A stretch of 64,000 bases of DNA from Eledone cirrhosa (GCA_964016885.1 OZ024748.1:21390001-21454000), one strand, 5' to 3'; positions 1 through 13,934 are shown, counted from the first letter of the stretch. Translations and numbers: made by a program. The notes: generated from the letters alone by a model not told the origin.

Positions 1-14
1 CCAGACACCACCCA

Positions 15-130
15 GTCACGTGGCCTAGTGGTTAGGGTGTTGACGTTATGATCATAAGGTCATGGGTTCAAATTCTTCATTGGGTTGCACATTGTATTCT
101 TGAGCAAGACACTCCATTTCATGTTGCTTT
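15..130 (+). mobile_element. Degenerate tRNA-derived CORE-like SINE head (family C)
   Basis: A-box TGGCCTAGTGG and B-box GGTTCAAAT, followed by CTTGAGCAAGACAC. Similar copies or fragments at about 8883-8980(+), 10790-10900(-), 39760-40230(+), 42880-43000(+), 43435-43760(+) and 44120-44300(+). Confidence 0.7.
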
Positions 131-497
131 TCATGAAAACATCCAATAAACCTCTCATAGGATATAAGCTCTATGGAGGTTAGCTGTAAGATTCATTTTA
201 CCAACTCCTCTTGCAATTTGAAGTTCATTTCCCACAAAAGCAACAACAGTAACAACAAAAATATATGATATAGTAACAAATATCTAATTGCTAGAACAGA
301 CTTTCTCAGCTGATAGCATTTTACATTAAAAAATATAAAATGGAATTGATTGGACATTTTTTTCTTAAGACCACATTTGCCATTGGCTTCTCTTGAATCA
401 CAAAAATAAATTACAGAAGCTTTATCGTCTTAGAGTATCTTTGTGAAAAACATATATTTCACAATTTATTGATGATCTAGCTAGATAAAGCTGTTGA

Positions 498-985
498 GTT
501 TAACCCACTCATTATTATATTTCTAATGAAAGACACAGTCTATGCCATTAACATATTCATTACCATATTTCTAATGAAAGACACTGCCTATATATCATTA
601 ATATATTTCTAATGAAAGACACTGTGTCATTAACATATTCATTACTATATTTCTAATGAAAGACACTGCCTATATATCCTTAACAAATTTCTAATGGAAG
701 ACACAGTCTGTCATTAACATATTCATTCCCATATATATCATTAACATATATTACTAATAAAAGACACTGTCTTTAACCCTTTCATCACCATATTTCTAAC
801 GAAAAATACGGTCCATGTCATAACCCTTCCATTACCATATTTCTAATGAATGACACTACCTATATATCATTAACATATTTCTATTGAAAGATGCTGCCTA
901 TGTTATTAACCCTTTCATTACGATATTTCGAATAAAAGACACTTGTCGGAGTTTCAAATCATTTTGAAAATATTCAGGATTATGA
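498..985 (+). repeat. Degenerate tandem array of MITE-terminus-like units
   Basis: Repeated (TT)AACCCTTTCATTACCATATTTCTAATGAAAGACAC units. The same terminus recurs at about 33695, 47545-47990 and 48588. Confidence 0.65.
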
Positions 986-1136
986 GGTTCATAAAAAATG
1001 TTGGAAGACCTAGACACAGAAACTAGCTTTAAATGCAGCTTAGAAAATCGGGTAAATACCCCTTAAAGATGGAAAAAATGTGCTGGCTACTTTTTCTAAT
1101 TTTCTAAGCAGTTATTTTCTTCATCTGACTTTCCTA

Positions 1137-1748
1137 CATCATCACCGTTTTACGTCCGTTCTTCCACGCTAGCATGGGTTAGATGGGTTGTCCTGTTGTG
1201 GGCAGTGTCTGGTCGGCTGACCATGCCTTGCTCATACAGGAACTGATCTGGCTTGATTTCTACAGCTGGATGCCCTTCCTAACACCAACCTCATTTACAG
1301 TGAGTGCTGGGTGCTTTTTCGTGGCGCCTACACGTCCACTTTACAGTGTGGGCTGGGTGCTTTTTTGCCGTGGCACCTCCACGACCACCTTGCGGTGGGG
1401 GGGGGGGCATATTGTTTATATGCTTCAGCATGTACCCATGGGAGGTCGGGTACCCTGTATTACTGCGTGACGCCAGAAGTCACGGTCGTGTGTCATTGAC
1501 TTTGAGAGGTGTAGTTGGGTAAGGTCGGCTTTTATCACCTCATCCCAAGTCATCTTGGGTCTCCCCACTCCGCGGTTTCCATCAACTTCTAGTGCTCTGC
1601 ACCTTTTTATGCAGCTGTCATCCTTCATACGCATCACATGTCCATACCAGCGTAACCGCCTCTCCTGCACGCAGCATTTGATTCCTCTTATGCTCAGTCT
1701 CTCTCTCAATTCCTTTATGCTTTGTCGTTCACGTATATTACTGTTACA
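1137..1748 (-). mobile_element. RTE-clade LINE 3' fragment (ORF C-terminus plus 3' UTR)
   Basis: ORF 1425-1709(-) has ERRLRWYGHVMRM...GRPKMTW, typical of the RTE C-terminus. (GAT)n tail; homologous to the 34 kb copy. Confidence 0.9.
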
Positions 1749-1777
1749 ATATATATATAAATATATATATATAGAGA

Positions 1778-1975
1778 GAGAAGTAGTTTCACCTCAGCTA
1801 GATCATCATCGAGCTGATGATCCATTTGAGGTGAAATAAGTTGTTCTCGCAAATGGTGTACTAACTGTTGTGGAACTACTTTTACCAAACTTGTCCCATG
1901 GGCTGAGTGCTCTACAACTACGAATATAACACACCAGTGTTCTTCCCTCCCCCCCCCCTCTCTCTCTCTTATTTA
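1778..1975 (+). mobile_element. Small TA-embedded fold-back element with a 3' bulged-hairpin variant
   Basis: Inverted repeat TTTCACCTCA..GATCATCA / TGATGATC..TGAGGTGAAA containing CTGATGA (1814) and GAAA (1833). Motif variant ACTT-GTCC-cat-GGGC-T-GAGTGCT at 1889-1911. Flanked by (TA)n. Confidence 0.55.
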
Positions 1976-1986
1976 TATATATATTC

Positions 1987-2215
1987 GTCATCATCATCAT
2001 AAATCTGTTAATCGACACTTGCATGGGTTGGACAGGTCGTTCTCAGCACAGCAACTCTCCACTTTTTGCGTTTCTTCGCCATCTCCTCCGTGAGCTTTAG
2101 CAAACTGAGACCAGCTTTCACCACTTCCATCCGGGTCTTCCTTGGTCTTCCTCTACTACGGTTTCCTTCCACGTGGATTACTTGGCTCTTCTTCACCTAG
2201 CAACTCTCCTCCATT
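1987..2215 (-). mobile_element. RTE 3' fragment, second subfamily
   Basis: VEGNRSRGRPRKT..EVVK..LTEEM..WRVAV followed by a (GAT)n tail. Related to 59705-60007, 30475-30585 and 40350-40750. Confidence 0.8.
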
Positions 2216-2514
2216 AATAGTACCCTACATAGTATTTTGGGGTGGCCCTTGAAATGTAAAAATGTAAGGTGTACTGTCTTAGTAAACATATTTAGCTACA
2301 GTGTGAAAAGTTTACTTTCCGTAACAAGTTTGCATTGTAATTTTATATAAAATGTTATGCCTTACACTTCCTGTAAGAGGATAAAGCTGCCATAACTCCC
2401 TGTGGATCTTAGGGGCACCATCATACGGCATGTCTAGGGCACTTTTAAACCTAGCAGAGCCCAACCCTCTCCAGGTCTGAACACAGCCGATTTTTTTTCG
2501 ATAAAGGAAGAATC

Positions 2515-2605
2515 GGCCCCAGTACTGGACTGGTACCTTTTTTTTATTGGCCTCGAAAGGATGAGAGGTGCAAGTTGACCACGGTGGGATTTGAACTCAG
2601 AGCGT
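2515..2605 (-). mobile_element. Nin-domain SINE fragment (family B)
   Basis: Reverse complement of GAGTTCAAATCC..GGTCAACTTG..TCATCCTTTCGAGG..AATAAAA..GTACCAG. The adjacent CCCTCTCCAGGTCTGA segment is shared with 61240-61300. Confidence 0.7.
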
Positions 2606-2689
2606 GCAATGAGGTGGGATGAATGCTGTAAAGTGGTTGTGGTGATTGGTGAATGTGGTGATGGTGCCATGGTGATGGTGTGGGGGTGC

Positions 2690-3300
2690 TAGTAGTTGTG
2701 GTGATGGTGCCGAGGTGATGGTGTGGAGGTGATGGTGTGGAGGTGATAGTGGTTGTGGTGATGGTGTGGAGGTGGTAGTGGTTGTGGTGATGGTGTGGAG
2801 GTGGTAGTGGTTGTGGTGATGGTGTGGAGGTGGTAGTGGTTGTGGTGATGGTAGTGGTTGTGGTGATGGTGTGGTGATGAGGTGGTAGTGGTTGTGGTGA
2901 TGGTGTGGAGGTGGTAGTGGTTGTGGTGATGGTGTGGAGGTGGTAGTGGTTGTGGTGATGGTAGTGGTTGTGGTGATGGTGTGGAGGTGGTAGTGGTTGT
3001 GGTAGTGGTTATGGTGTGGAGGTGGTTGTGGTTGTGGTGATGGTGTGGAGGTAGTAGTGGTTGTGGTGATGGTGTGGAGGTGGTAGTGGTTGTGGTGATG
3101 GTATGGAGGTGGTAGTGGTTGTGGTGATGGTATGAAGGTGGTAGTGGTTGTGGTGATGGTATGAAGGTGGTAGTGGTTGTGGTAAGGGTGTGGGGTGGTG
3201 ATGGTATGGAGGTGGTAGTGGTTGTGGTGATGGTATGAAGGTGGTAGTGGTTGTGGTAAGGGTGTGGGGTGGTGATGGTATGGAGGTGGTAGTGCTTGTG
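2690..3300. repeat. ~29-bp GT-rich minisatellite
   Basis: Unit GTGGTGATGGTGTGGAGGTGGTAGTGGTT in tandem; explains the His/Thr/Pro ORFs. Confidence 0.9.
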
Positions 3301-3854
3301 ATGTATCAGCAACAATATTGGTGTTTTAATAGTGGTGTGATGATAGTGGGGTGATTGTATTGCAGAGACAAAGGTATGGTGAGGGAGGATGACAGTGTGG
3401 TGGCAGTGGTGGGGGTGGCTGTGTGGTGATGGTGAGGATAGTTGTGTGGTTGGAAATGGTAGCGGTGGTGTTGGTGGGGGATAGCTGTGTGGTTGTAAAT
3501 GGTGGTGATGGTGGTGGTAGTGGTGGGATTGCAGTGACACTTGTAGTATGATATTGGTATATAGTGTCTTTCAGTGGCAGCGGTGGTGTGGGTGTGGTTC
3601 TTCTGATGCTGTGATGCTGGCAAGAACAGCATTGTGCCATGTATGAGTGTGTATGAGTGTGTGTGTGTGTGTGTGTGTGTGTGTTGAGAAGTTGGGTTGG
3701 GTTGGGTTGGGATGAGGGTGAGGCTGGGAAGTGGAGGGGGTGGAATAATTGTTCTATAAACTTTGATATGGTTACATCCTGCTTTCTCATATAAAAGTCC
3801 TCATGACATACAACCACTGGTGCCTCTGTTAACACTTTACTCACTAGATTCCTA

Positions 3855-4025
3855 ATAGTTGTTTCTATTTTTAGGCACAAGGGCCAGCAAATTACTCAGT
3901 ACATTACTGGTACTTTATTTTATCGACCCCCCGTAAGGATGAAAGGCAAAGTTAACCTCGGCGAGATTTGAACTCAGATCATAAAGGGACGTAACTCTAT
4001 GCTTCAAAGCATGGTGTCCGACTCT
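3855..4025 (-). mobile_element. Nin-domain SINE (family B)
   Basis: Reverse complement matches the full copy at 16449-16635. Confidence 0.85.
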
Positions 4026-4267
4026 CTGAGAGATCAGGTAGGCAGGAGAGACAAGGTGATGACAGTGGGAGTTTGGCTCAGCTGTGTTCGGATCTGGTAT
4101 AAATGTGTGTGTAATGTTACACTTATTTTCAGCTTTCACAGGTATTGCTAATCCCGAACTTACCACTAATAACTAAATATGTCCGCTATGAATCACAAAC
4201 TCAGTTTATCTAATTGAGCTTACTTAATGAGAAACACAAAATTCTAAACATATCTGTTATGTTTTGA

Positions 4268-4621
4268 TATGTATATGTATGTGTATATATATATATATGT
4301 GTATATATATATATATATGTGTATATGTATATATATATATATGTGTATATGTATATATATATATATATGTGTATATGTATATATATATATATATGTGTAT
4401 ATGTATATATATATATATGTGTATATGTATATATATATATATGTGTATATGTATATATATATATATATGTGTATATGTATATATATATATATGTGTATAT
4501 GTATATATATATATATGTGTATATGTATATATATATATATATGTGTATATGTATATATATATATATATATATGTGTATATGTGTATATATATATATATAT
4601 GTGTGTATATATATATATATA

Positions 4622-4658
<37 letters not shown>

Positions 4659-4721
4659 GTGTGTATATATATATATATATGTGTGTATATGTATATATAT
4701 GTGTATATGTATATATATATA

Positions 4722-4766
<45 letters not shown>

Positions 4767-5150
4767 ATATGTATATATATGTGTATATGTATATGTGTAT
4801 ATGTATATATATATGTGTATATGTATATATATATGTATATATATATATATATGTGTGTATATGTATATATATATATATGTGTATATGTATATATATATAT
4901 ATATGTGTATATGTATATATATATATGTGTATATGTATATATATATATGTGTATATGTATATATATATATGTGTATATGTATATATATATATATATGTGT
5001 ATATGTATATATATATATATATGTGTATATGTATATATATATATATATATATGTGTATATGTATATATATATATATATGTGTATATGTATATATATATAT
5101 ATATGTGTATATGTATATATATATATATATGTGTATATGTATATGTATAT

Positions 5151-5184
<34 letters not shown>

Positions 5185-5193
5185 GTGTATATG

Positions 5194-5231
<38 letters not shown>

Positions 5232-5285
5232 TATGTGTATATGTATATATATATGTGTATATGTATATATATATATGTGTATATG

Positions 5286-5321
<36 letters not shown>

Positions 5322-5351
5322 TGTGTATATGTATATATATATGTGTATATG

Positions 5352-5408
<57 letters not shown>

Positions 5409-5487
5409 GTGTATATGTATATATATATATATATATGTGTATATGTATATATATATATATATATGTGTATATGTATATATATATATA

Positions 5488-5520
<33 letters not shown>

Positions 5521-5543
5521 GTGTATATATATATGTGTATATA

Positions 5544-5582
<39 letters not shown>

Positions 5583-5609
5583 ATATGTATATATATATAT
5601 ATATGTGTG

Positions 5610-5646
<37 letters not shown>

Positions 5647-6405
5647 ATATGTATATATATATATATATATGTGTGTATATGTATATATATATATATGTGT
5701 ATATGTATATATATATATGTGTATATGTATATATATATATATATGTGTATATGTATATATATATATATATGTGTATATGTATATATATATATATGTGTAT
5801 ATGTATATATATATATATATGTGTATATGTATATATATATATATATATATATGTGTATATGTATATATATATATATGTGTATATATATATATATATGTGT
5901 ATATGTATATATATATATATGTGTATATGTATATATATATATATGTGTATATGTATATATATATGTGTATATGTATATATATATATATGTGTATATGTAT
6001 ATATATATGTGTATATATATATATATATGTGTATATGTATATATATATATATGTGTATATGTATATATATATGTGTATATGTATATATATATATATGTGT
6101 ATATGTATATATATATGTGTATATGTATATATATATATGTGTGTATATGTATATATGTATATATATATATATATATGTGTATATGTATATATATATATAT
6201 ATATGTGTGTATATGTATATATATATATATATATGTGTGTATGTGTATATATATATATATATATATGTGTGTATATGTATATATGTGTGTATATGTGTAT
6301 ATATATATATATGTGTGTATATGTATATATGTGTGTATATGTGTATATATATATATATGTGTGTATATATATATATGTGTGTATATGTATATATATATAT
6401 ATGTG
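4268..6405. repeat. 2.1-kb compound (TA)n/TG microsatellite
   Basis: Recurring (AT)n-GTGTATATGT unit; the YI/CV ORFs are artefacts. Confidence 0.97.
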
Positions 6406-7077
6406 GTGTTTATATTGATAGTAGTGGTGGAGGTGGTCGTCGTTGTGGTGAGCATGGTGTTAATATTCATAGTAATGATGGTGTTTTTAGTGGTAGTGGT
6501 TGTGGTAATATTTATATTGGTGGTGGTCGTGGTGGTATTGGTGGTGTGGTGTTTATATTGATAGAAGTGATGGTGTTTTAGTGGTATTGGTAGTGGTGTT
6601 GGTGGCTGTGGTGATGGTGGTGTTTATGTTGATAGTAATGGTGCTGTTTTTAGTGGTTGTACTGGTCAATAGTGCATAGTTAACTATATATATATATATA
6701 TCATCATGTTTATGTCAACTTTGCCATGCGGCATGAGTTAAGCGAGATGGTTTGAGACAATATTTTACAGCCAAATGCCCTGCCTGACGCCAAACCTTTT
6801 TAGTCACATCTGACGATACATACATACATACTACATACTTACATGCCTGCATATATACATACATACATACATACTTACATGCCTGCATATATACATACAT
6901 ACATACATACACACACACACATACATACACACATACACACACATACATACACACACATACATACACATGCACATTCATATACACATACAGACGTACATAT
7001 GAAAGAAAGTGTGTGCGTGTCTTGCACTAAAATATATTGTGGGTTAAAACTAGTGGTGTTGGTAGTGGTAGTAGCAG

Positions 7078-7117
<40 letters not shown>

Positions 7118-7509
7118 CTTTTTATTATCATTTTTTTTTTTTTTTGGTATTGTATTTAAATGATGAATATGAGTTTAAATAGAAAACCTACATTGGAAAA
7201 AAGATAGAAAGAAAGAACCAGAAAAGTTACAACTGCAAACATCACTTAGTACATGTGTACGGGGGTGGGAGTGGGGACAGGAAAGGATGAGAGGGAAGAA
7301 GAGAAAGAAAGAGGATAATGAAGTAGGTGGTTAAAAATAAGCAGAGGAGTGGCATGTGAACTGAATTGGGGGATTATGAGATGTGGATTAGAAGCCACTG
7401 CCATCCACCATATCTGTCCTACCTCCACTCCAATCCTCCCTTTAGCAGTTCCGGTGGGGGGGGGGGGCACATTTTTCACCCCTACCCACCATACTCCCCC
7501 ATCATTTCT

Positions 7510-7920
7510 ACCAACACCACACTGCCACCTCCAACACCACTACTACCACCACATCCACTACCACCACCATTACCAACACCTGCACTACCATTACCAACAC
7601 CTCCACTACCATGACCAACAACACCACTATCACTAGCACCACCACTACCATTACCAACATCACCACTACCAATACCACCACTACCATTACCAACACCACC
7701 ACGACCAACACCACCACTACCATTACCAACAAAACCACTACCAACGCCACTACTACCATTACCAACACCACCATTAACACTACCATAACCAACATAGTCA
7801 TTACCACTGTTACCACTATCACTGCCAATTCCACCACCTCCGCCACCACCATCATTATCAGAACTACCCCAACATCCCTGTTATTACCATAACTACCAAC
7901 AACACTACCACTACCACCAC
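7510..7920. repeat. (ACC/ACT)n degenerate trinucleotide repeat
   Basis: Direct inspection. Confidence 0.9.
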
Positions 7921-8113
7921 CAGACCTATCCAATAGATCAATGGTTCCAAACCATTTTTGCTCAGTTGCCCTTCCCGTCTTTACTCTTGGCCTTTTGATC
8001 TTGTAAATTCCCTAGTGAACCCTATCAAATGAAGCAGTTATTTTTCTCCCATAATCTTGTATATATTAATAATTATCAATGTAAAACATAGATGTGACAG
8101 TTCAAAATCTAGT

Positions 8114-8551
8114 TAACCCTTTTCATACCAATCAGCACAGAAGGGTTTCTTCTCTTTATTATAAAAGCATGAAACAAAATCACTCATTTTCAAGGATTTT
8201 TCCTCATTATATTAAAGTTTGAAAGAAAACCACCCATTTTAAAGGTTTGCTTCTCTTTATATTAAAGTCTCCCAACATAATTTGATATAAGAACCTTTTG
8301 TTCAGTTATATTACATAAACCAATTAAATAAGAAGATAATTAATAATTTTAGTAAATCCCTAAAAAATGTTTCATTAATTAATTGAAATAGAGTATATTT
8401 CTAATCATCCAACATAATTTGATATAAAAACCATTTGAGTCAATATCTTAGTTAGAAAATAATTAATTATATTAATAAATACCTCAAAAGTCTTCATTAA
8501 TTAATTGAAATATTGTGTACTTCATTAGAAATACAGTCATGGAAAGGTTAA
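8114..8551. mobile_element. TTAA-flanked MITE-like element (piggyBac-type ends)
   Basis: Begins TTAACCCTTTTCAT and ends ATGGAAAGGTTAA; contains internal duplications. Confidence 0.5.
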
Positions 8552-9269
8552 GTTAAAATGAATCCTCAAGAATTTGTGGGGGTTGAGGGGATGTTACTGC
8601 CCCTTTCCTCCCTTCAGAAACACTGTTCCCATGACTGTTACAGACCCTCTGAGATTAATGGGGGTTGGGCTGAGGTGAAATGATGTTTCATGGGTCACTA
8701 CTTAAGTAAACAACACATCAAGCTATCTTCAGTTTGGAGACCCAGGTGACCTTATCAAAATGGTTGTAAGAGTGTGCACCTCTGCTGAAGCCTCTCAAAA
8801 ACCACATGGTGGCGGTGTTGGTAGTAATGGTGGTAGTGGTTGGAGTTGTTTTTTTTGTTGTTGGTAGTGGTGGTGTTGATGGTGGAATGCTCAGCCACTT
8901 ACACCTTATTGTCATGTGCAGGCTGTTCCATTGATCAAACTGGAACGCCCATCATGGATACAACAGAAGTTCATTCCTCCATTGTGTGTATGTGTGTCTG
9001 TGTATCAGTGTGTGTGTATGTCTGTGTGTTCTCATATGTGTGTAACCGTGGTGACAGTGTGTTTACATTTAGCTCTAAATCTAGAAATTAAAATGTTCTT
9101 TGAATAAGAAAATATCAAAGACAATACAAGTGGACAAAAATGTATAAAAAATATGTTAAAAATATGAAAATATATAAATAAATGAAGAAAAATCAGATAT
9201 GTTAAATATAGAATTTTATTATTTTAGCTTAAACAATAGCATCACCTAACCAGCACCCCTACATTACTT

Positions 9270-9570
9270 CACAACCACTACAACACCACCTCACAACCAC
9301 CACTACAACACCACCACATTACCTCACAACCACCTCATCACTATCACCACAACACCATCTCACAACCACCACAACACTATCGCAACCATCACCATCTCAC
9401 AACCACCACAACACTATCACAACCATCACCATCTCACAACCACCACAACACTATTGCAACAACACCATCTCACAACCACCACAACACTATTGCAACAACA
9501 CCATCTCACAACCACCACAACACTATTGCAACAACACCATCTCACAACCACCACAACACCATCACCACTG
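9270..9570. repeat. ~36-bp minisatellite
   Basis: Unit CCATCTCACAACCACCACAACACTATTGCAACAACA. Confidence 0.85.
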
Positions 9571-10107
9571 ATGCATATTAGTTATTCTGAGTTCCCTTTA
9601 TATAGTAAGAAGATGGGATGGCCATGACTGGACTATATTTCATCATAGGTCTGCCTACAGGATCTGGTTTGAACAGCAACCTCACCACCTCCACCGTCTC
9701 TGCCACCGTCCCCACTGCCATGTCCACAACCTTTACACCACCGTCATCTCCACCATCAACAGCATCACCACCATCACCACCATCACCACTGCCATCATCA
9801 CCATCACCACTGCTTTGTTCATAACCTTTACATCCACACCACCTCCACCACCTTTTCCACCATCCTCACTGCCATCACCACTACCACCATCCCCACCACC
9901 ATCGCCATCATCACCACCACCACCATCCCCACCATCCCCACCACCATCACCATCCCCACCGCCACCACAATCTTGTAAAAAAAAAATACATAAGTTCCTT
10001 TCATTTATTAGACAATTGCAATGAACCACAATTTTCTATTAACGTTCAAATTTGTGTCTCTTCACTTTCAATTTTGTTTTTGTACCTAGAAGATAATAAT
10101 AATAATG

Positions 10108-10140
<33 letters not shown>

Positions 10141-10701
10141 GCAACAACAACACCACAACAATATTAATAATCATATTTTATTTTATTTTATTTTATTTTA
10201 TTTTTTAATAATAAATTGTGACTTATTGATTTAACGTACCTTACAACATACGATTTCCATTTCTAGACATACTGAACAATAATAATAATAACAACAATAA
10301 TAATAACAATAATAATGGTAATAATAATAATATTGTCATAATTAACCTGCTATTTGATTTTAATATCTTATTTTACTTTTGTACATTTTTACTAAGTCTT
10401 CTGCTATATTATGGAAAGAAAAGGAATGTTGTGTCATGTTATTACACAGTCAGAAACACACACATAAGTGTGTGTGCATACATATATGCATGCATATAGA
10501 TATATATGCACATATATATATATCTATATATACATATATATATATGTGTATATCTATATATACATAGGTGCGTATATAAAGATGATGTTTTTGAAGACTT
10601 CGCCCGTTCCCTTGTGAAAGCTTCAAAAACATCATCTTTGTCCGTTCCCTTGTCATTTTGGTTTGGATTGCTTCGAGAACGTAACCTTATTATATAAGGA
10701 A

Positions 10702-10776
10702 GCTGTCTGATGAGATCATGGCACTGGTTACGCAAAATCGCGTGGCCACTGTCATCATTGAAATGTGTATCACAGT
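10702..10776 (+). ncRNA. Type I hammerhead ribozyme with intact core
   Basis: GCTGT-CTGATGA-[20-position stem II, loop AAAATC]-GAAA-TGTGTA-TC-ACAGT. Predicted cleavage after AUC at 10771. Confidence 0.8.
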
Positions 10777-11221
10777 CTTACCAAGCTTTCCACAGACACC
10801 TGCGCCATTAACGTAGTTCTGAGGGAGATTCAGTGTGACAAAATGTATGACAAGGATGGCCCCTTGAAATTCAGGTACAGCTCATTTTTGTCAGATGGGA
10901 GGACTGATGTCAGCAGGTTACGCACTTTCTACCGAGTTAAAAATCAGCTACAAATTATACACAAGAATACCCAAAGATTATATACAAGAATAAGCTACCA
11001 TTTATATACAAGAATAAGTTAAAACTTATATACAAGAGTAAGTTAAAACTTATATACAAGATGACCCTATAACGTATATACAAGAATGCCCTATATCTAA
11101 TATATAAGAATATAACATCTGAAGCTACTTCGCATTTTCGTATTCTAAATATACTCCATCATTCCTATGTGGAAAACGAACAGATAGTGCTTCAATTGAA
11201 TTGCATCAATATTTACTGTAA

Positions 11222-11270
<49 letters not shown>

Positions 11271-11273
<3 letters not shown>

Positions 11274-11605
11274 TCATCATCATCATCATCATCATCATTT
11301 TACGTCCACTTTTCCCTGCTTGCAAGGGTGGGACGGGAACTGATTCTGGCTTGATTTCTACAGCTGGATGCCCTTCCTAACACTAACCTCATTTACAGTG
11401 AGTGCTGGGTGCTTTTTTGCCGTGGCACCTCCACGACCACTTTGCAGTGGAATGATAGGGACCCGGTCCCTATCATTCCACTGCTGAGTAAACTGGAGCA
11501 ATGTGAAATAAAGTGTCTTGCTCAAGGAAACAACACATCGCCCGGTCTGAGAATTGAACTCACAACCTTTCGATTGCAAGGCCAATGCTCTAACCACTAA
11601 GCCAT
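11271..11605 (-). mobile_element. tRNA/CORE-like SINE with RTE-type tail (family A)
   Basis: Near-identical to the reverse complement of 14444-14778, with a small internal deletion. Confidence 0.9.
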
Positions 11606-11912
11606 TATATATATATATATTCCACACAACCTTTCAGCAAGCAGGATGGAAGAAAATTTATTCAAACATTTGATTTTGATTTTAATTTTAAACCTTTCGT
11701 TTTTAACTCCTGTCAACTCTTTTTAATTTTTTACACCAAACATTTGATAAGATGGATTTTAACACATCGAATTCTTCATATACTGTATATACATCATAAA
11801 AAATTTTTTAAAAACAATTGTCCCTCTCATTTTTTAATAATATTATCTTTCCAATAATGTCACTTTGACAAAACAAAAAAGAATAACAGACCCTTAAATA
11901 TATCTCCCGTGC

Positions 11913-11950
<38 letters not shown>

Positions 11951-12105
11951 CACACATGCAACCGCTCCATTACAAATATACATTTTGTTAGCATTCTGAG
12001 AATTGTTGGCTCGCCTATACATTCAAACTATTTCTTACTGATGAAATTTGAGAGCAGCTGGACCATAGAAAATATTTTTCCTATTCTCTCAGTAACTTAT
12101 ATATA

Positions 12106-12136
<31 letters not shown>

Positions 12137-12149
12137 GTGTGTATGTATG

Positions 12150-12198
<49 letters not shown>

Positions 12199-12444
12199 AT
12201 GTATGTGTGTGTGTATGTGTGTGTGTATGTATATATGTATGTGTGTGTATGTATATATATATGTGTGTGTGTGTGTATATATATATATGTGTCTATGTAT
12301 ATATATATATGTGTGTGTATGTGTGTGTATGTATATATGTGTGTATGTGTGTGTATATATATATGTGTATGCATATGTATGTGTGTGTGTATGTATATAT
12401 GTGTGTGTATGTATGTACGTATATGTATATATATATATATATAT

Positions 12445-13409
12445 ATACCACTATTAGCCGCTAAAGGGTTCTCCCTAAAAATGAAAGGCAGGTTGTATGA
12501 TGCCTGCATACGAACAGCAATGTTGCATGGCAGTACAGACCTGGGCATTGTGTGCAGAGGATATACGCAGACTAGAGAGGAACGAAGCTTGCATGCTCCG
12601 CCGGATGTGTAATAGTAATATACGTGAACGGCAAAGCATAAACGAACTAAGGAAAAAATTAGAAATAAGAGGGATCAGATGTTGTTTACTCGAGAGAAGG
12701 CTACGTTGGTATGGTCACGTGATGCGCATGAAAGACGACAGCTGTATAACAAAGTGCAGGGCAATAAAGATAGACGGTAGCCACGGAGTAGGCAGACCCA
12801 GGAAAACCTGGGACGAGCTGATAAATTCCGACCTCACACACTTACACCTCTCCAAGACAATGTCACTGGACCGAGACCTTTGGCGGTACTCAGTAACAGA
12901 GAAGACCCGCCTTACCTAAATACAAAGTAAAACCTACTAGTCAGTAGGCATCTCTAACAAAATACACCCCCGTCCCACCCCATCCACACCGCCCCCTTCA
13001 ATGCAAAGTTATGTTGGTGCCACAACATCCAGGCCGAAACAAACGAGATCGTGTAGGTGTCACGACAAAAAAACACACAGTCCACGCTGTAATGTGACCG
13101 TGTAGGCAACACGGTAAAAACCTCCCAGTCCCACACTGTAAATGTGGTTGGTGTTAGGAAGGGCATCCAGCTGTAGAAAACACGCCAGACAGTCCACGCT
13201 GTAATGTGGCCATGTAGGCAACACGGTAAAAACCTCCCAGTCCCACACTGTAAATGTGGTTGGTGTTAGGAAGGGCATCCAGCTGTAGAAAACCCGCCAG
13301 ACAGTCCTATGCGAGCAAGACAATCACCCTTGCCTCAAGTGGGAAAACCCCCGTCCAAACCCATGCAAGCGTGGAACAGGGACGTTAAACGATGATGATG
13401 ATGATGATG
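12445..13409 (+). mobile_element. RTE-clade LINE 3' fragment, frameshifted, with an internal 3' UTR duplication
   Basis: PLLAAKGFSLKMKGRLYDACIRTAMLHG / TWAL..RRLRWYGHVMRM..GRPRKTW. About 113 bp duplicated at 13075-13305; (GAT)n tail. Confidence 0.93.
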
Positions 13410-13934
13410 TGTGTATGTATATATATATATATGTGTGTGTGTATGTATATATATGTGTGTGTGTGTGTATGTATATATGTGTGTGTATGTATGTATATAT
13501 ATGTATGTATGTATATATATATATATGTATGTATGTATGTATATATATATGTGTATATATACGTATGTATGTATGTATGTATATATATGTGTATGTGTAT
13601 ATATATGTATGTGTGTATGTGTATATATATATGTATGTATGTGTATGTGTATATATATATGTATGTATGTATGTATGTATATATATGTGTGTATGTGTAT
13701 ATATGTATATGTATATGTGTGTATGTGTATGTATATGTGTATATATGTATATGTATATGTGTGTATGTGTATGTATATGTATATGTGTATATATATATAT
13801 ATATATAAAACTAAATCAAAATGTGGAGACAAGAAATGTCACTGAGAAAGACAGTGTGTGTGACACAAAGAAACTCTGAAATTAAATCTGACAGTTATAT
13901 AACCATCTGCTTACTAATTTAATTAATGAATGGA

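Noticed and set aside
4120-4190. Possible micro-exons (plus-strand acceptor, minus-strand GTAAGT donor)
   Set aside because: Too short to support without transcript data.
4257-6581. 700+ aa YI/CV ORFs and similar ORFs elsewhere
   Set aside because: Dinucleotide microsatellites lack stop codons.
12038-12095. CTGATGA..GAAA as a hammerhead
   Set aside because: No stem II closing the core and no stem I partner after an NUH.
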